From NCBI GenBank assembly GCA_900543695.1, contig UQSG01000001.1, positions 10,136 through 74,135 on the forward strand: 64,000 nt of DNA, given 5' to 3'. Both the position numbers and the translations under genes were made by a program. Below the pieces are notes generated by a model, which saw nothing but the letters and a program-made list of their open reading frames with translations, searched no databases and was not told the origin of the DNA. Below, one piece after another: positions 55,098-64,000 of this stretch (the stretch's first letter is position 1; each line of letters opens with the position of its first letter). This DNA is from an uncultured Clostridium sp. GTDB lineage: Bacteria > Bacillota > Clostridia > UBA1212 > UBA1255.

Positions 55098-56078
55098 ATG
55101 AATTCTACTCCGGCGGTGCTGTATATCGTAGTGCCATGCTATAACGAATGCGAGGTTTTTCCGACGACAGCTGCGGAGCTTACGAAGCTTGTCGCCTCTC
55201 TTTCGGAGGAGGGAAAAATTTCCGAGAAAAGCCGAATTCTCTTCATTGACGACGGAAGCAAGGATAACACCTGGGAGTTGATCGATGCGGAATACAGGAA
55301 AAACAAATATATCTGCGGGCTTAAGCTGGCCGGGAACGTTGGTCATCAAAACGCGCTGTTTGCCGGTCTGATGGCGGCAAAGGACCTATGCGATATTTCC
55401 ATTTCCATCGACGCCGATTTGCAGGACGATACGCAGGCGATTCCCCAAATGATAGACAAGTACTATGAAGGCTGCGATATCGTTTACGGAGTGCGCAGCG
55501 GCCGGAAGAGCGATTCCTTTTTCAAACGCACAACCGCGCAGGGCTTTTATAAATTCATGAAGGGCATGGGCGTAAAAACAGTATATAATCATGCGGATTT
55601 TCGTCTGATGAGCGCACGCGCGATGGCGCAGCTTGGAAATTACGAAGAGCGCAATATGTTTCTAAGAGGGATCGTTCCGCTGATCGGCTACAAAACGGAC
55701 TGCGTATATTATGAAAGAAAAGAACGCCTGGCCGGCGAGTCGAAATATCCTCTTAAGAAAATGCTCAGCTTTGCCTTTGACGGAATCACGTCCTTCAGCA
55801 TCAAGCCCATTACGCTGATTTCAGCCGTTGGAATCCTTATTATCGTCGTATCAATCATTGCGGCGATCTATTCGCTGATCTCCTATTTCTGTGGAAACGC
55901 TACGCCGGGCTGGACTTCCCTGATCCTTTCCATCTGGTTTCTGGGTGGCGTGCAGCTCGTTTCTATTGGTCTGATCGGTCAGTACATCGGCAAAATCTAT
56001 GTGGAATCCAAGCATCGGCCGCGTTATAATCCTGAAATATTTTTATCTGACGAAACAAGAGCCGAGGAAACGAAATAA
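55098..56078 (+). CDS. GT2 polyprenyl-phosphate glycosyltransferase (GtrB/CsbB/DPM1-like) with two C-terminal TM helices
   Basis: Start MNSTPAVLYIVVPCYNE. DxD region FIDDGSKDNT and ..SIDADLQDD. C-terminal helices ..ITLISAVGILIIVVSIIAAIY.. and LILSIWFLGGVQLVSIGLIGQYIGKIY. Confidence 0.8.
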   Translation: MNSTPAVLYIVVPCYNECEVFPTTAAELTKLVASLSEEGKISEKSRILFIDDGSKDNTWELIDAEYRKNKYICGLKLAGNVGHQNALFAGLMAAKDLCDISISIDADLQDDTQAIPQMIDKYYEGCDIVYGVRSGRKSDSFFKRTTAQGFYKFMKGMGVKTVYNHADFRLMSARAMAQLGNYEERNMFLRGIVPLIGYKTDCVYYERKERLAGESKYPLKKMLSFAFDGITSFSIKPITLISAVGILIIVVSIIAAIYSLISYFCGNATPGWTSLILSIWFLGGVQLVSIGLIGQYIGKIYVESKHRPRYNPEIFLSDETRAEETK

Positions 56079-56884
56079 TTTTTAATACCCTCCGCAATCC
56101 GTTCCTGATAGGCTTCGGTATTCAGCAGACGGTCTTCCCTTTCGTTGGAAAGAAAACCGCATTCTACAATAATGCAGGTGTTTTGGCACCAGTTGATCCC
56201 TGTATAGGCGTCTGAACGGAAAACGCCGCGGGAAACGGCTCCCGTTTCGGCGCAAAGAAATTGGATCAGCGATTCCGCTTTCTGAAAATCGTCCTCCGAT
56301 CGTTTGCGGTATTCCGCCGTTCCGTCTCCAGCGCCTCTGACATAAAGCTCGATGCCCTCAACCGTCTCTGTTTCCGCAGAATTGCAGTGGATCCGAAGAG
56401 TGATATCCGCACCGAAGCGATTCGCGGCTTCCGCTCTTTCCCGATTAGACAGATTGACGGCGTGGATTTCCCGCGTCATATAAACCTCCGCACCAAGCGA
56501 GGAAAGCTTTTCCTTTATTTTCTGCGCAATTGATAAATTTAAGACGTATTCATCGGTGCCGGTAAAATTTCCACGGGCTCCGGAAGTACATTTCGCCTTT
56601 CGTTCCTCATTCCATGGCGCGCAGAATTCCATTTCCGCGTTTCCGGCGGCCTGATGCCCGGGATCGATGCAAATTCGCCAGCCTTTTAAAACGCATTCCT
56701 CCCGTATCGCTTCCCCGGCTTCCGGAGAAGGCTCGGAAGGGTGCGGAGTTTCTTCCCCCGGAGAGCGCGCCGGTCCGGAGACCGGCGCGGACGAACCGGA
56801 GGAATGCTCCTGCCGTACGGTTTCAGCGGTACAGGAGGAAAGGCAGAGGCAAAGAGCAAAAAAGTACAATGCGCTTTTCTTCAT
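56024..56884 (-). CDS. N-acetylmuramoyl-L-alanine amidase (Amidase_3, CwlD-like), lipoprotein
   Basis: Start placed at MKKSALYFFALCLCLSSC (lipobox). Pro/Ser linker. Amidase_3 core ICIDPGHQ..GADITLRIHCNS..TCIIVECGFLSN. 3-prime end overlaps the convergent GT2 gene by 55 nt. Confidence 0.75.
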   Translation of the reverse strand: MKKSALYFFALCLCLSSCTAETVRQEHSSGSSAPVSGPARSPGEETPHPSEPSPEAGEAIREECVLKGWRICIDPGHQAAGNAEMEFCAPWNEERKAKCTSGARGNFTGTDEYVLNLSIAQKIKEKLSSLGAEVYMTREIHAVNLSNRERAEAANRFGADITLRIHCNSAETETVEGIELYVRGAGDGTAEYRKRSEDDFQKAESLIQFLCAETGAVSRGVFRSDAYTGINWCQNTCIIVECGFLSNEREDRLLNTEAYQERIAEGIKNYFVSSALVSSDKNISGL

Positions 56885-56910
56885 GATGCAAATCCGCTCC
56901 ATTTTCGTTC

Positions 56911-59439
56911 CTATCGCAGCGCTTCGATCTGATGCTTTCCACAAGGCAGATGCAGAACCAGGCAATCTCCTTCCCTGGGAAAGCTGTCTGCTGCGTAAAC
57001 CTTGCCGTCTACGGTTACCGTTTCCGCATTCGGATCAAACACGGGCAGATACAGCGTTGCGTAGGATTCCTTCGGAACCGTAACAATATAGGTAAAAGTA
57101 TCCTCTTCCATGTACCATGCCGCCTCTATCGTTCCGGAAACGGATTCGTAGGAAGCGCGTACCCATTGGATTCGTTCCTGGCCGCAGGGCATTTCGGACT
57201 CTTGGCGTGTGTCCGGCTTTGGGCGGAAAAGAATATGCTTAAAGCCCGGCTTTTCCTCGTCGGTGTCGATTCCCGCCATATATTTATACATCCATTCTCC
57301 CACCGCGCCGTAGGCATAATGATTGAAGGAGTTCATCCCCACGTCTCCAAAGCCGCTTTCTCTGGTATAAGAATTCCAGCGCTCCCAGATTGTCGTCGCT
57401 CCCTGATATACGCTGTAAAGCCAAGAAGGATTTTCTTTCTGAAGCAGCAGAGAGTACGCAAGATTTCCTTCTCCGATTTCGCTCAGCGTCTGATTCAGGA
57501 TTGCGGATCCAACGAAGCCCGTGCTCAGCCGGTAACCGTTTTTTACAATTTTTTCGGCCAGAGCCTTTCTTGCTGCCTCCCGACAATCCTGTGGAAGCAA
57601 ATCAAATTTCAGCGCCAGAAGATATGCCGTCTGAGAGGTCTGCTTCAGGGTTCCGTCCGCATTCAGATAAACATTCTGAAAATGACGGCAGATCTTTGTA
57701 TACAAGTCGCGGTATTCCTCTGCCCTTTCCGCATATTCGTCATCCGGCTTTTTCGACAGAGCAGCCGAGGCCTTGCTGACAAGCAGCGCGTCATATGCGT
57801 AATAGGCGATGCTGATCAGCCGGCTTTCTGTGGGTTCATAAGCAAGCCAGTCGCCGTAGGTCTGATGAGGGCCCTCCAGATTCGTAACACTGAGATAATC
57901 CATATAGTCCAGCATGGAAGAATAGCATTCTTCCAAAATGCTGAGATCCCCATACATTTTATAAATAATATACGGTACGATAATTCCCGCGTCGCTCCAC
58001 GCCGCGCCGCCCTCGCCGACTACGCGCGAGCGCGGAATTACGTCAGGGAAAGCGCCGTACTCCCGCTGACTGTCTCTGGCATCCTGAAGCCATTTATGGA
58101 AAAATGAGCATACGTTTGCGTTGTAAGCCGCCGTGCAGGCAAAAACCTGCGTATCTCCCGTCCATCCCAGACGTTCATCTCGCTGCGGACAGTCCGTCGG
58201 AACGCTCAAATAGTTTCCGCGCTGTCCCCAAAGGATATTGCGGAACAAGCGGTTGACGTCGGGATCCGACGTTTCAATGTAACCCGTTTCCTGATTGTCA
58301 GAGCCGACTACGTCGCACCGGAAGGCCAGCAGCTCAATGTCATCATCTGCGGTCAGTTCAACGTAGCGAAATCCGTAAAAGGTAAAAGCCGGCCTGTATT
58401 CTTCTCCCGCTTCTTTTCCGCAGAGTGTGTATTTTCCTTTCGCTTTGGCACTTCTGTAGTTGGCGGTATACAGCGAGCCCTCCGGTCCGTCGTTGCCGCG
58501 GGACGCCTTTCCGCTATCATTCAGCATCTCCGCATGACGGATCACTATTGTCGTATTCTGCGCTCCCCGCACCGTAAAATGTTCCCAGCCAACCATATTC
58601 TGTCCCATATCGTATATAACCGTTTCGCCCTTTTTCAGAGAAAGCACGGCGTTTTCAGGAGGATTTTCGATCGTGCGGAGCACGCGGATCGCCCCGAAAT
58701 CCGTCCCATTTTGATCCACGCCGTCATATACAACTGCAGTCAGCGGCTTCATGTCCAAAAACTCGCGGATCCGTACGCTCGGCCCTACTTTCGGTGATAC
58801 GACGCCTTTAAAATTCTTAAATTCATACGGAACCTTCCATGTCTTGCTCCTGGGATACGACGGCATGGAAATCTCTTCGTAAGAGTCAAAATTCGCATTA
58901 TATACTTCTCCGTCCCAGATGTCGGCATACCGCACGGGCCCGGACGTCGTGCCGCGCCAGGTCAGATCAGAGCAGATCGTTTCTGTTTCTCCGCTTTCAT
59001 ATATCGTTTCGATGACGCAGAGAAAGGCCGTGTCGTTGTCTCCGTATGTATCAAGAGAAATCCTTCCCTGCCACCAGCCGGAAGAAACCGGTACGGCGAC
59101 TGCGTTGTCCTGCGCCGCCACGTCCGTTACATCGTACGTATAATACAAAACCCTTTTTTCATAATCCGTCCATCCCGGCATCAGTTCGTCCGTTCCGATT
59201 TTCCGGCCATTCATATACAGATTAAAACAGCCGAGCGCGGTAAGGTGGATCTTGCAGCTTTGAATGCCCTCTTTTAATTTAAATCGCTTGTGAAATACCG
59301 GCAGCCCGGAGCCTTTCTCAATGTCGGTCTTCCGGATTTCTGCGTCAATCACGTTCTCCCAGGGATTCACCTTGCTTTTCTTTCCTCGCGCATTCGATTT
59401 AAAGCTGATCCACATTGCATTTTGAAACAAATTTTCCAT
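56911..59439 (-). CDS. GH78 alpha-L-rhamnosidase (cytoplasmic)
   Basis: 842 aa. Hallmark GH78 segment DCPQRDERLGWTGDTQVFACTAAYN. N-terminal beta-sandwich domains and C-terminal (alpha/alpha)6 barrel. No signal peptide. Confidence 0.85.
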   Translation of the reverse strand: MENLFQNAMWISFKSNARGKKSKVNPWENVIDAEIRKTDIEKGSGLPVFHKRFKLKEGIQSCKIHLTALGCFNLYMNGRKIGTDELMPGWTDYEKRVLYYTYDVTDVAAQDNAVAVPVSSGWWQGRISLDTYGDNDTAFLCVIETIYESGETETICSDLTWRGTTSGPVRYADIWDGEVYNANFDSYEEISMPSYPRSKTWKVPYEFKNFKGVVSPKVGPSVRIREFLDMKPLTAVVYDGVDQNGTDFGAIRVLRTIENPPENAVLSLKKGETVIYDMGQNMVGWEHFTVRGAQNTTIVIRHAEMLNDSGKASRGNDGPEGSLYTANYRSAKAKGKYTLCGKEAGEEYRPAFTFYGFRYVELTADDDIELLAFRCDVVGSDNQETGYIETSDPDVNRLFRNILWGQRGNYLSVPTDCPQRDERLGWTGDTQVFACTAAYNANVCSFFHKWLQDARDSQREYGAFPDVIPRSRVVGEGGAAWSDAGIIVPYIIYKMYGDLSILEECYSSMLDYMDYLSVTNLEGPHQTYGDWLAYEPTESRLISIAYYAYDALLVSKASAALSKKPDDEYAERAEEYRDLYTKICRHFQNVYLNADGTLKQTSQTAYLLALKFDLLPQDCREAARKALAEKIVKNGYRLSTGFVGSAILNQTLSEIGEGNLAYSLLLQKENPSWLYSVYQGATTIWERWNSYTRESGFGDVGMNSFNHYAYGAVGEWMYKYMAGIDTDEEKPGFKHILFRPKPDTRQESEMPCGQERIQWVRASYESVSGTIEAAWYMEEDTFTYIVTVPKESYATLYLPVFDPNAETVTVDGKVYAADSFPREGDCLVLHLPCGKHQIEALR

Positions 59440-59440
59440 A

Positions 59441-60799
59441 CTAACACCCTCCTATCGTTTCCATTTCCTTTTTTAACAGATTCAGTGAATGTTCTGATAT
59501 ATATCTTTTTCTAAGACGCTTATCCCTGATGCGCCCAAAGCCATCTTCAGGGATGCCGCGCAGAAGTCCGAAATTAGCCCCCATCGGCTGAAAGTCTGTG
59601 CCGGAGTATTCCGAAACGTAGGAAGCAAGCGCCCCGATCTGCGTAGCGCAGGAAAAGACAATCGGTTCAAGCCCGCGCACCGTCCTGGCCGCATTGATGC
59701 CGGCGACAAGGCCTGAGGAGGTCGATTCCATATACCCTTCTACACCGGTAATCTGCCCTGCAAAGTAGACAGGAATTCCAGTTGTATTTTTATCGCTGTG
59801 CAGACAGTACGTCCGATCCAGCATTTCCGGGGACTGAATGTAAAGATTTTTATGCATTACCCCATATCTTGCATATTCCGCATGCGCAAGCCCTGGGATC
59901 ATTCCAAATACTCTTTTTTGTTCGCCAAATTTCAGACGCGTCTGGAAACCAACCATGTTGTACAGCGTTCCTTCTCGATTGTCCTGCCGCAGCTGTACGA
60001 CTGCATAATATTCTGCTTTCGTTTCGGGATGTCGAAGCCCGACGGGCTTCAGCGGTCCGAAGCGCAGGGTATCGATTCCCCGTTTCGCCATAGACTCAAC
60101 CGGCATGCAGCCCTCGTACAGATCGATGCTGTCAAAATCCTTTACGTCCGCACAGTCTGCATGGATCAACGCGTCGTAAAAAGCAAAATATTCTTCACGC
60201 GACATCGGGCAGTTGATATAGTCCGCGTCGCCTTTCCCATATCTCGCCGCTCGGAACACGAATTCGCTTTCGATGCTTTCTGCCAGGATTACCGGCGCAG
60301 CGGCGTCAAAAAAATGTAGCCGTTTCAGGCCGAACATTTCCGCAATCTCATCCGCGAGATCCTTCGCGGTAAGCGGCCCCGTCGCTATGATTACGCATTC
60401 GCAGTCCCGATTTTCGGCAATCAGGTTCCGCACAGAATGGATTTCCTGGCGAATCACTTCAATGTCGGGATGCATTTCCATTTTCTTTGTAATTTCTTCC
60501 GAGAAGCGGCTCCGATCTACCGCCAGCGCGCCGCCGGCAGGAACCGTATTGTGATCTGCGCAGGAAATGACAAGGCCCTGCAGTACGCGCATCTCTTCTT
60601 TCAGAAGTCCGGATGCGTTTTCCAGGTTTGCCGCTTTAAAAGAATTGCTGCATACAAGCTCTGCCAGCCCTTCAGAAGTATGCGCTTCGGAAAAGCGGTG
60701 TGGCTTCATCTCGTACAGTTTTACTTTTGCGCCATATTTTGCAGCCTGCCATGCCGCTTCACAGCCGGCAAGACCGCCTCCGACAATATAAACAGCCAT
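59441..60799 (-). CDS. trmFO: Methylenetetrahydrofolate--tRNA-(uracil54-C5)-methyltransferase TrmFO
   Basis: FAD motif VYIVGGGLAGCEAAWQ. Conserved ..ELVCSNSFK.. and ..FAGQITGVEGYMESTSSGL. 452 aa. Confidence 0.9.
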   Translation of the reverse strand: MAVYIVGGGLAGCEAAWQAAKYGAKVKLYEMKPHRFSEAHTSEGLAELVCSNSFKAANLENASGLLKEEMRVLQGLVISCADHNTVPAGGALAVDRSRFSEEITKKMEMHPDIEVIRQEIHSVRNLIAENRDCECVIIATGPLTAKDLADEIAEMFGLKRLHFFDAAAPVILAESIESEFVFRAARYGKGDADYINCPMSREEYFAFYDALIHADCADVKDFDSIDLYEGCMPVESMAKRGIDTLRFGPLKPVGLRHPETKAEYYAVVQLRQDNREGTLYNMVGFQTRLKFGEQKRVFGMIPGLAHAEYARYGVMHKNLYIQSPEMLDRTYCLHSDKNTTGIPVYFAGQITGVEGYMESTSSGLVAGINAARTVRGLEPIVFSCATQIGALASYVSEYSGTDFQPMGANFGLLRGIPEDGFGRIRDKRLRKRYISEHSLNLLKKEMETIGGC

Positions 60800-60811
60800 A
60801 AATGACGTCCT

Positions 60812-62926
60812 TTATTCTGACTTACTCTTTTTAAAAAAGGAAGTATAATCGCATTCCTTGTTGCTGCATTTCAAATATTTTCCCTTTTTCCCCTGAGCGA
60901 TTTCCAAATATTGTCCGCACTTGGGGCACGGATCTTTTGTCGGTATATTCCAGGAAGAAAACTTGCAGTCGGGATAATTGCTGCACGCGACATACTTCTT
61001 TCCGGTTTTTGTTTTGCGGTAAATCAGGGCATTGCCGCACAGGGGGCAATCTGCTCCAACTTCTTCGATAATCGGCTTTGTGTTTTTACACTCCGGATAT
61101 CCGGGACAAGCCAGGAACTTTCCGTATTTCCCCGTTTTGATGACCATCATTTTTCCGCATTTATCGCAGGGCACATCGCTGACAGGATCTTCCAGCTTCA
61201 CATGCTCCAGCTCCTGCGTTGCCTTTTCGACTTCTTTTTCAAAGTCTCCATAGAATTCCCGTACAACATCTACCCAGACTTTGTTCCCCTGTTCTATTTT
61301 ATCAAGGTTTTCCTCCATCTGCGCCGTAAACTCTACATTGACGATATCGGAGAAGCTCTTTTTCATGATCTCGTTCACGATTCTCCCCAGCTCCGTAGGA
61401 TACAGCGCTTTTTTCTCTTTTCCCACATAGCCTCTGGCCTGAATTACGGAAACCGTAGGAGCGTACGTGCTCGGACGGCCGATCCCGTTTTCTTCCAGTG
61501 CCTTTACCAGCGTAGCTTCCGTATATCTCGGCGGAGGCTGCGTAAAGTGCTGCTCCGGTTTGATCGCCTCTACGATGACACGCTCGCGCTGCTCCAAATA
61601 TGGCAGTTTGTCATCGGCGTCTTCTGCCTTTTCATCCATGGTTTCTTGATATAGCTTTGTATAGCCGGCAAATTTCACTGTCGTTCCCACCGCACGGAAG
61701 GTGTGTCCCGAGACGTCAAACTCCACCGTACAGACGCTGTAAATCGCATCCGCCATCTGGCTCGCAATAAAACGCTCATAAATCAGCTTATACAATTTGT
61801 ATTGATCGCTCGTAAGCTTCTCTTTGATGTCGGCCGGTTTGTATTCGATATGAGCAGGACGGATCGCTTCATGCGCGTCCTGCGCAGCATTTTTGTTCTG
61901 ATAGATTCTTCTGCGAGCAGGCAGATACGTTTCGCCGAACTCCCGCAGAATCTCCTCTTTCGCCGCAGCCGCCGCTTCGTCGGAAATCCGGGTGGAATCC
62001 GTTCTGATATATGTGACAAGGCCGGTTGGTCCTCCGGAGCCAACGCTGACACCCTCATAAAGAGACTGTACCACCGACATGGTTTTTGATGCGGTAAATC
62101 CAAGCTTCCGGGAGGCCTCCTGCTGCAAAGTGCTCGTAATGAAAGGCGGAGGAGGCGATTTTTTCTTTTCCGTTGTTTTCACGGAGGCAACAATAAAGTC
62201 CTTGCCGAGCACATCCTGATAGACCTGATCCGCTTCCTCCTTTGTTTTCAGCTGGTGCTTCTTTCCGTTTTCTCCGAAATATTTTGCAGTAAACCGATTT
62301 GATTTCAGCGCTTTGTTCGTATTGCTGTCCTTTAAAAGCTCCGCCGTAATGGTCCAGTATTCCTGAGGGACAAAATTTTCAATTTCATCCTCGCGGTCGC
62401 AGACCAGCCGCGTTGCCACGGACTGTACGCGCCCTGCACTCAGGCCTTTTTTCACTTTCTTCCACAGTACGGGACTGATGGAATATCCGACGAGCCGGTC
62501 CAGCACGCGTCTTGCCTGATATGCATCTACCAATTCCATATCAATCTTTCTCGGTTCCTTAAATGCCTCAGTAACCGCATTTTTCGTCACTTCGTTAAAG
62601 GTAACACGGCACACCGCGTTTTCGTCAATATCGAGTATTTTGGACAAATGCCAGGAAATTGCTTCGCCCTCCCGATCCGGGTCGGTTGCAAGAAAAACAC
62701 AGTCCGCTTCTTTCGCGTCCTTTTTGAGCGCCTTAATCAGGTCTCCCTTCCCTCGGATATTCATATACTGCGGTTTAAAATCGTGTTCTATATCGATTGC
62801 GAGCTTGCTCACCGGTAAATCTCTCAGATGCCCTACGGAGGCTTCAACTTTGTATTTTTTGCCTAAAATTCTTCCGATCGTTTTTGCCTTTGCAGGAGAT
62901 TCCACGATCACTAAATATCCGGACAT
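60812..62926 (-). CDS. topA: DNA topoisomerase I
   Basis: TOPRIM start LVIVESPAKAKTI. Active-site region GLVTYIRTDS. C-terminal repeated Cys4 zinc ribbons (CDKCG..C, CPLCG..C, CPKCG..C). Confidence 0.9.
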   Translation of the reverse strand: MSGYLVIVESPAKAKTIGRILGKKYKVEASVGHLRDLPVSKLAIDIEHDFKPQYMNIRGKGDLIKALKKDAKEADCVFLATDPDREGEAISWHLSKILDIDENAVCRVTFNEVTKNAVTEAFKEPRKIDMELVDAYQARRVLDRLVGYSISPVLWKKVKKGLSAGRVQSVATRLVCDREDEIENFVPQEYWTITAELLKDSNTNKALKSNRFTAKYFGENGKKHQLKTKEEADQVYQDVLGKDFIVASVKTTEKKKSPPPPFITSTLQQEASRKLGFTASKTMSVVQSLYEGVSVGSGGPTGLVTYIRTDSTRISDEAAAAAKEEILREFGETYLPARRRIYQNKNAAQDAHEAIRPAHIEYKPADIKEKLTSDQYKLYKLIYERFIASQMADAIYSVCTVEFDVSGHTFRAVGTTVKFAGYTKLYQETMDEKAEDADDKLPYLEQRERVIVEAIKPEQHFTQPPPRYTEATLVKALEENGIGRPSTYAPTVSVIQARGYVGKEKKALYPTELGRIVNEIMKKSFSDIVNVEFTAQMEENLDKIEQGNKVWVDVVREFYGDFEKEVEKATQELEHVKLEDPVSDVPCDKCGKMMVIKTGKYGKFLACPGYPECKNTKPIIEEVGADCPLCGNALIYRKTKTGKKYVACSNYPDCKFSSWNIPTKDPCPKCGQYLEIAQGKKGKYLKCSNKECDYTSFFKKSKSE

Positions 62927-62994
62927 AAATCACTCAGCCTTTCAAAATTCAAGTGCATAATATAATAATCACAAACCCTCGAAATGTAAAGTTA

Positions 62995-63909
62995 TTATTT
63001 TATCAGCCTGTACGTTCCATCCCGGCCTTTCGTAACAATACCTTTTATTTCAAGCATTGTCAAGGCACTCAAAATACTTGCCGTGCTTCTGTCCGCATCT
63101 CGTACAATTTCATCAATATGATAGCTTCCCCGTTTCAGCGCCGCCGCAGCGGCCGCTTCCGCCTCTGTAAGTCCCCCGATCCATCCGCACTTTTCTGAAA
63201 GGGGCGCGGGCTGCTTCAGACCGTAATCTTCCAGGATATCAAGATAGGAAGTAACGCAGACGCCCTGATTTTTCAGCAGCTCATTGCAGCCTTCGGACTG
63301 TTCGGAACCAATATTTCCCGGTATTGCATAGACCGTTCTGTTTTGTTCATAAGCACGATCCACGGTAATCATAGCACCGCTTCTTTTGGAAGCCTCCGCT
63401 ACGAGTGTGCCCAGGGTAAGTCCTGATATAATTCTATTTCTGGCCGGAAAGTGTGCTTTCAGCGGAGGCGTCCCGGGCGGATATTCGGAGAGAACGCACC
63501 CTTTTTCACAAATCTCCGCATAGAGCTTCTGATGCTCCCCGGGATAGACGACATCGGCGCCGCCTCCCAGAACGGCTATCGTATAGCCGGCTCCGGCCAA
63601 AGCCCCTTTATGCGCTTCCGCGTCGATCCCACGCGCCATTCCGCTGACAATTCCAATTCCCTGTTCCGCCAAATGCTTTGAAAACAGAAATGCATTCGTT
63701 CTTCCATACGGCGTACACCTTCTGGAGCCGACCACCGACAGCAGAAGCCGTTCTGCAACGCCGGCTGCATTCGGGAGCCTTCCCTTATAATACAATACAG
63801 TGGGGCGATTGGTCACCTGCCGGAGATAAAACGGATATTCCGGATCCTCCACCGCAGCGATCCGAATCTCCCGTTTGTCGCATTCGTTCAAAATCCGGCA
63901 AGCCTTCAT
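62995..63909 (-). CDS. dprA: DNA processing protein DprA (Smf)
   Basis: Rossmann-like DprA domain: ..VVGSRRCTPYG.., GIDAEAHKGAL..TIAVLGGGADVVYP, C-terminal winged helix. Downstream neighbour of topA as in many Firmicutes. Confidence 0.85.
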   Translation of the reverse strand: MKACRILNECDKREIRIAAVEDPEYPFYLRQVTNRPTVLYYKGRLPNAAGVAERLLLSVVGSRRCTPYGRTNAFLFSKHLAEQGIGIVSGMARGIDAEAHKGALAGAGYTIAVLGGGADVVYPGEHQKLYAEICEKGCVLSEYPPGTPPLKAHFPARNRIISGLTLGTLVAEASKRSGAMITVDRAYEQNRTVYAIPGNIGSEQSEGCNELLKNQGVCVTSYLDILEDYGLKQPAPLSEKCGWIGGLTEAEAAAAAALKRGSYHIDEIVRDADRSTASILSALTMLEIKGIVTKGRDGTYRLIK

Positions 63910-64000
63910 ACGAAGCGAGCTGTCACACAGCCTGCAAAATAATTTTTCTTTTTTTTGCAGGATTTCCGGTATTTGCTTCCGGTCGGCAGCCCTCCACGCC

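Noticed and set aside
1-64000. Mobile genetic elements, prophage, integrases, transposases, CRISPR arrays, tRNA or rRNA genes
   Set aside because: No ORF shows DDE-transposase, tyrosine or serine recombinase, or phage structural or terminase motifs. No tRNA-like cloverleaf-capable conserved boxes. No regularly spaced direct repeats were noticed on reading the intergenic regions.
63910-64000. Partial minus-strand gene upstream of dprA (C-terminal ~22 codons ..GVEGCRPEANTGNPAKKRKIILQAV, stop at 63934-63936), possibly the ComM/YifB-like ATPase that often precedes dprA
   Set aside because: Too short in this window to support any call. Mentioned only as a possible truncated gene at the window edge. 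A 9-bp stem (CCTGCAAAA..TTTTGCAGG) at 63939-63969 lies inside it.

Overview
This 64-kb window is a high-GC, gene-dense chromosomal segment of a Firmicutes/Clostridia-type bacterium. Supporting signs are strong GGAGG-type ribosome-binding sites, TTG starts, hprK-murB-rapZ and smc-ftsY gene order, and a CBS-domain family II pyrophosphatase. About 80% of genes lie on the minus strand. No transposase, integrase, CRISPR array, rRNA or tRNA was seen.

The first ~21 kb is a carbohydrate-utilisation island:
- a co-directional L-ribulose-5-P 4-epimerase (AraD) and L-ribulose-5-P 3-epimerase (UlaE) pair;
- two very large glycoside-hydrolase-like proteins of unassigned family;
- an AraC regulator;
- three consecutive secreted proteins anchored by a C-terminal transmembrane helix, one with tandem carbohydrate-binding-like repeats;
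- an FGGY sugar kinase and a type-I phosphomannose-isomerase-like cupin (ManA-like);
- an operon of GH2 beta-mannosidase, an unusual ABC permease fusion, and an ABC ATPase.

The remainder is largely housekeeping: ftsY, smc, an M20 peptidase, a 2-oxoacid dehydrogenase operon (E2 with two lipoyl domains, E3, fused E1 alpha-beta, DeoR regulator), rluA-family, CBS-PPase, rapZ, murB, hprK, a two-component system, a UDP-sugar pyrophosphorylase, nucleoside hydrolase, tyrA, DAHP synthase, apgM, htpG, oadGB, DUF1846, a GtrB-like GT2, an amidase, a GH78 rhamnosidase, trmFO, topA and dprA.

The most unusual items are:
- an ABC permease whose ~460-aa extracytoplasmic N-terminus is a catalytically truncated GH2 glycosidase fragment, with no classical substrate-binding protein in the operon;
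- a non-canonical L-xylulose/L-ribulose-5-P pentose module that appears to use a PMI-type cupin as the isomerase;
- a trio of transmembrane-anchored surface proteins;
- a terminator/attenuator leader directly in front of the DAHP synthase start;
- a decayed ~740-bp region carrying a frameshifted small membrane-protein gene.

All calls rest on reading the supplied ORF translations and the sequence by eye. No database search was run.
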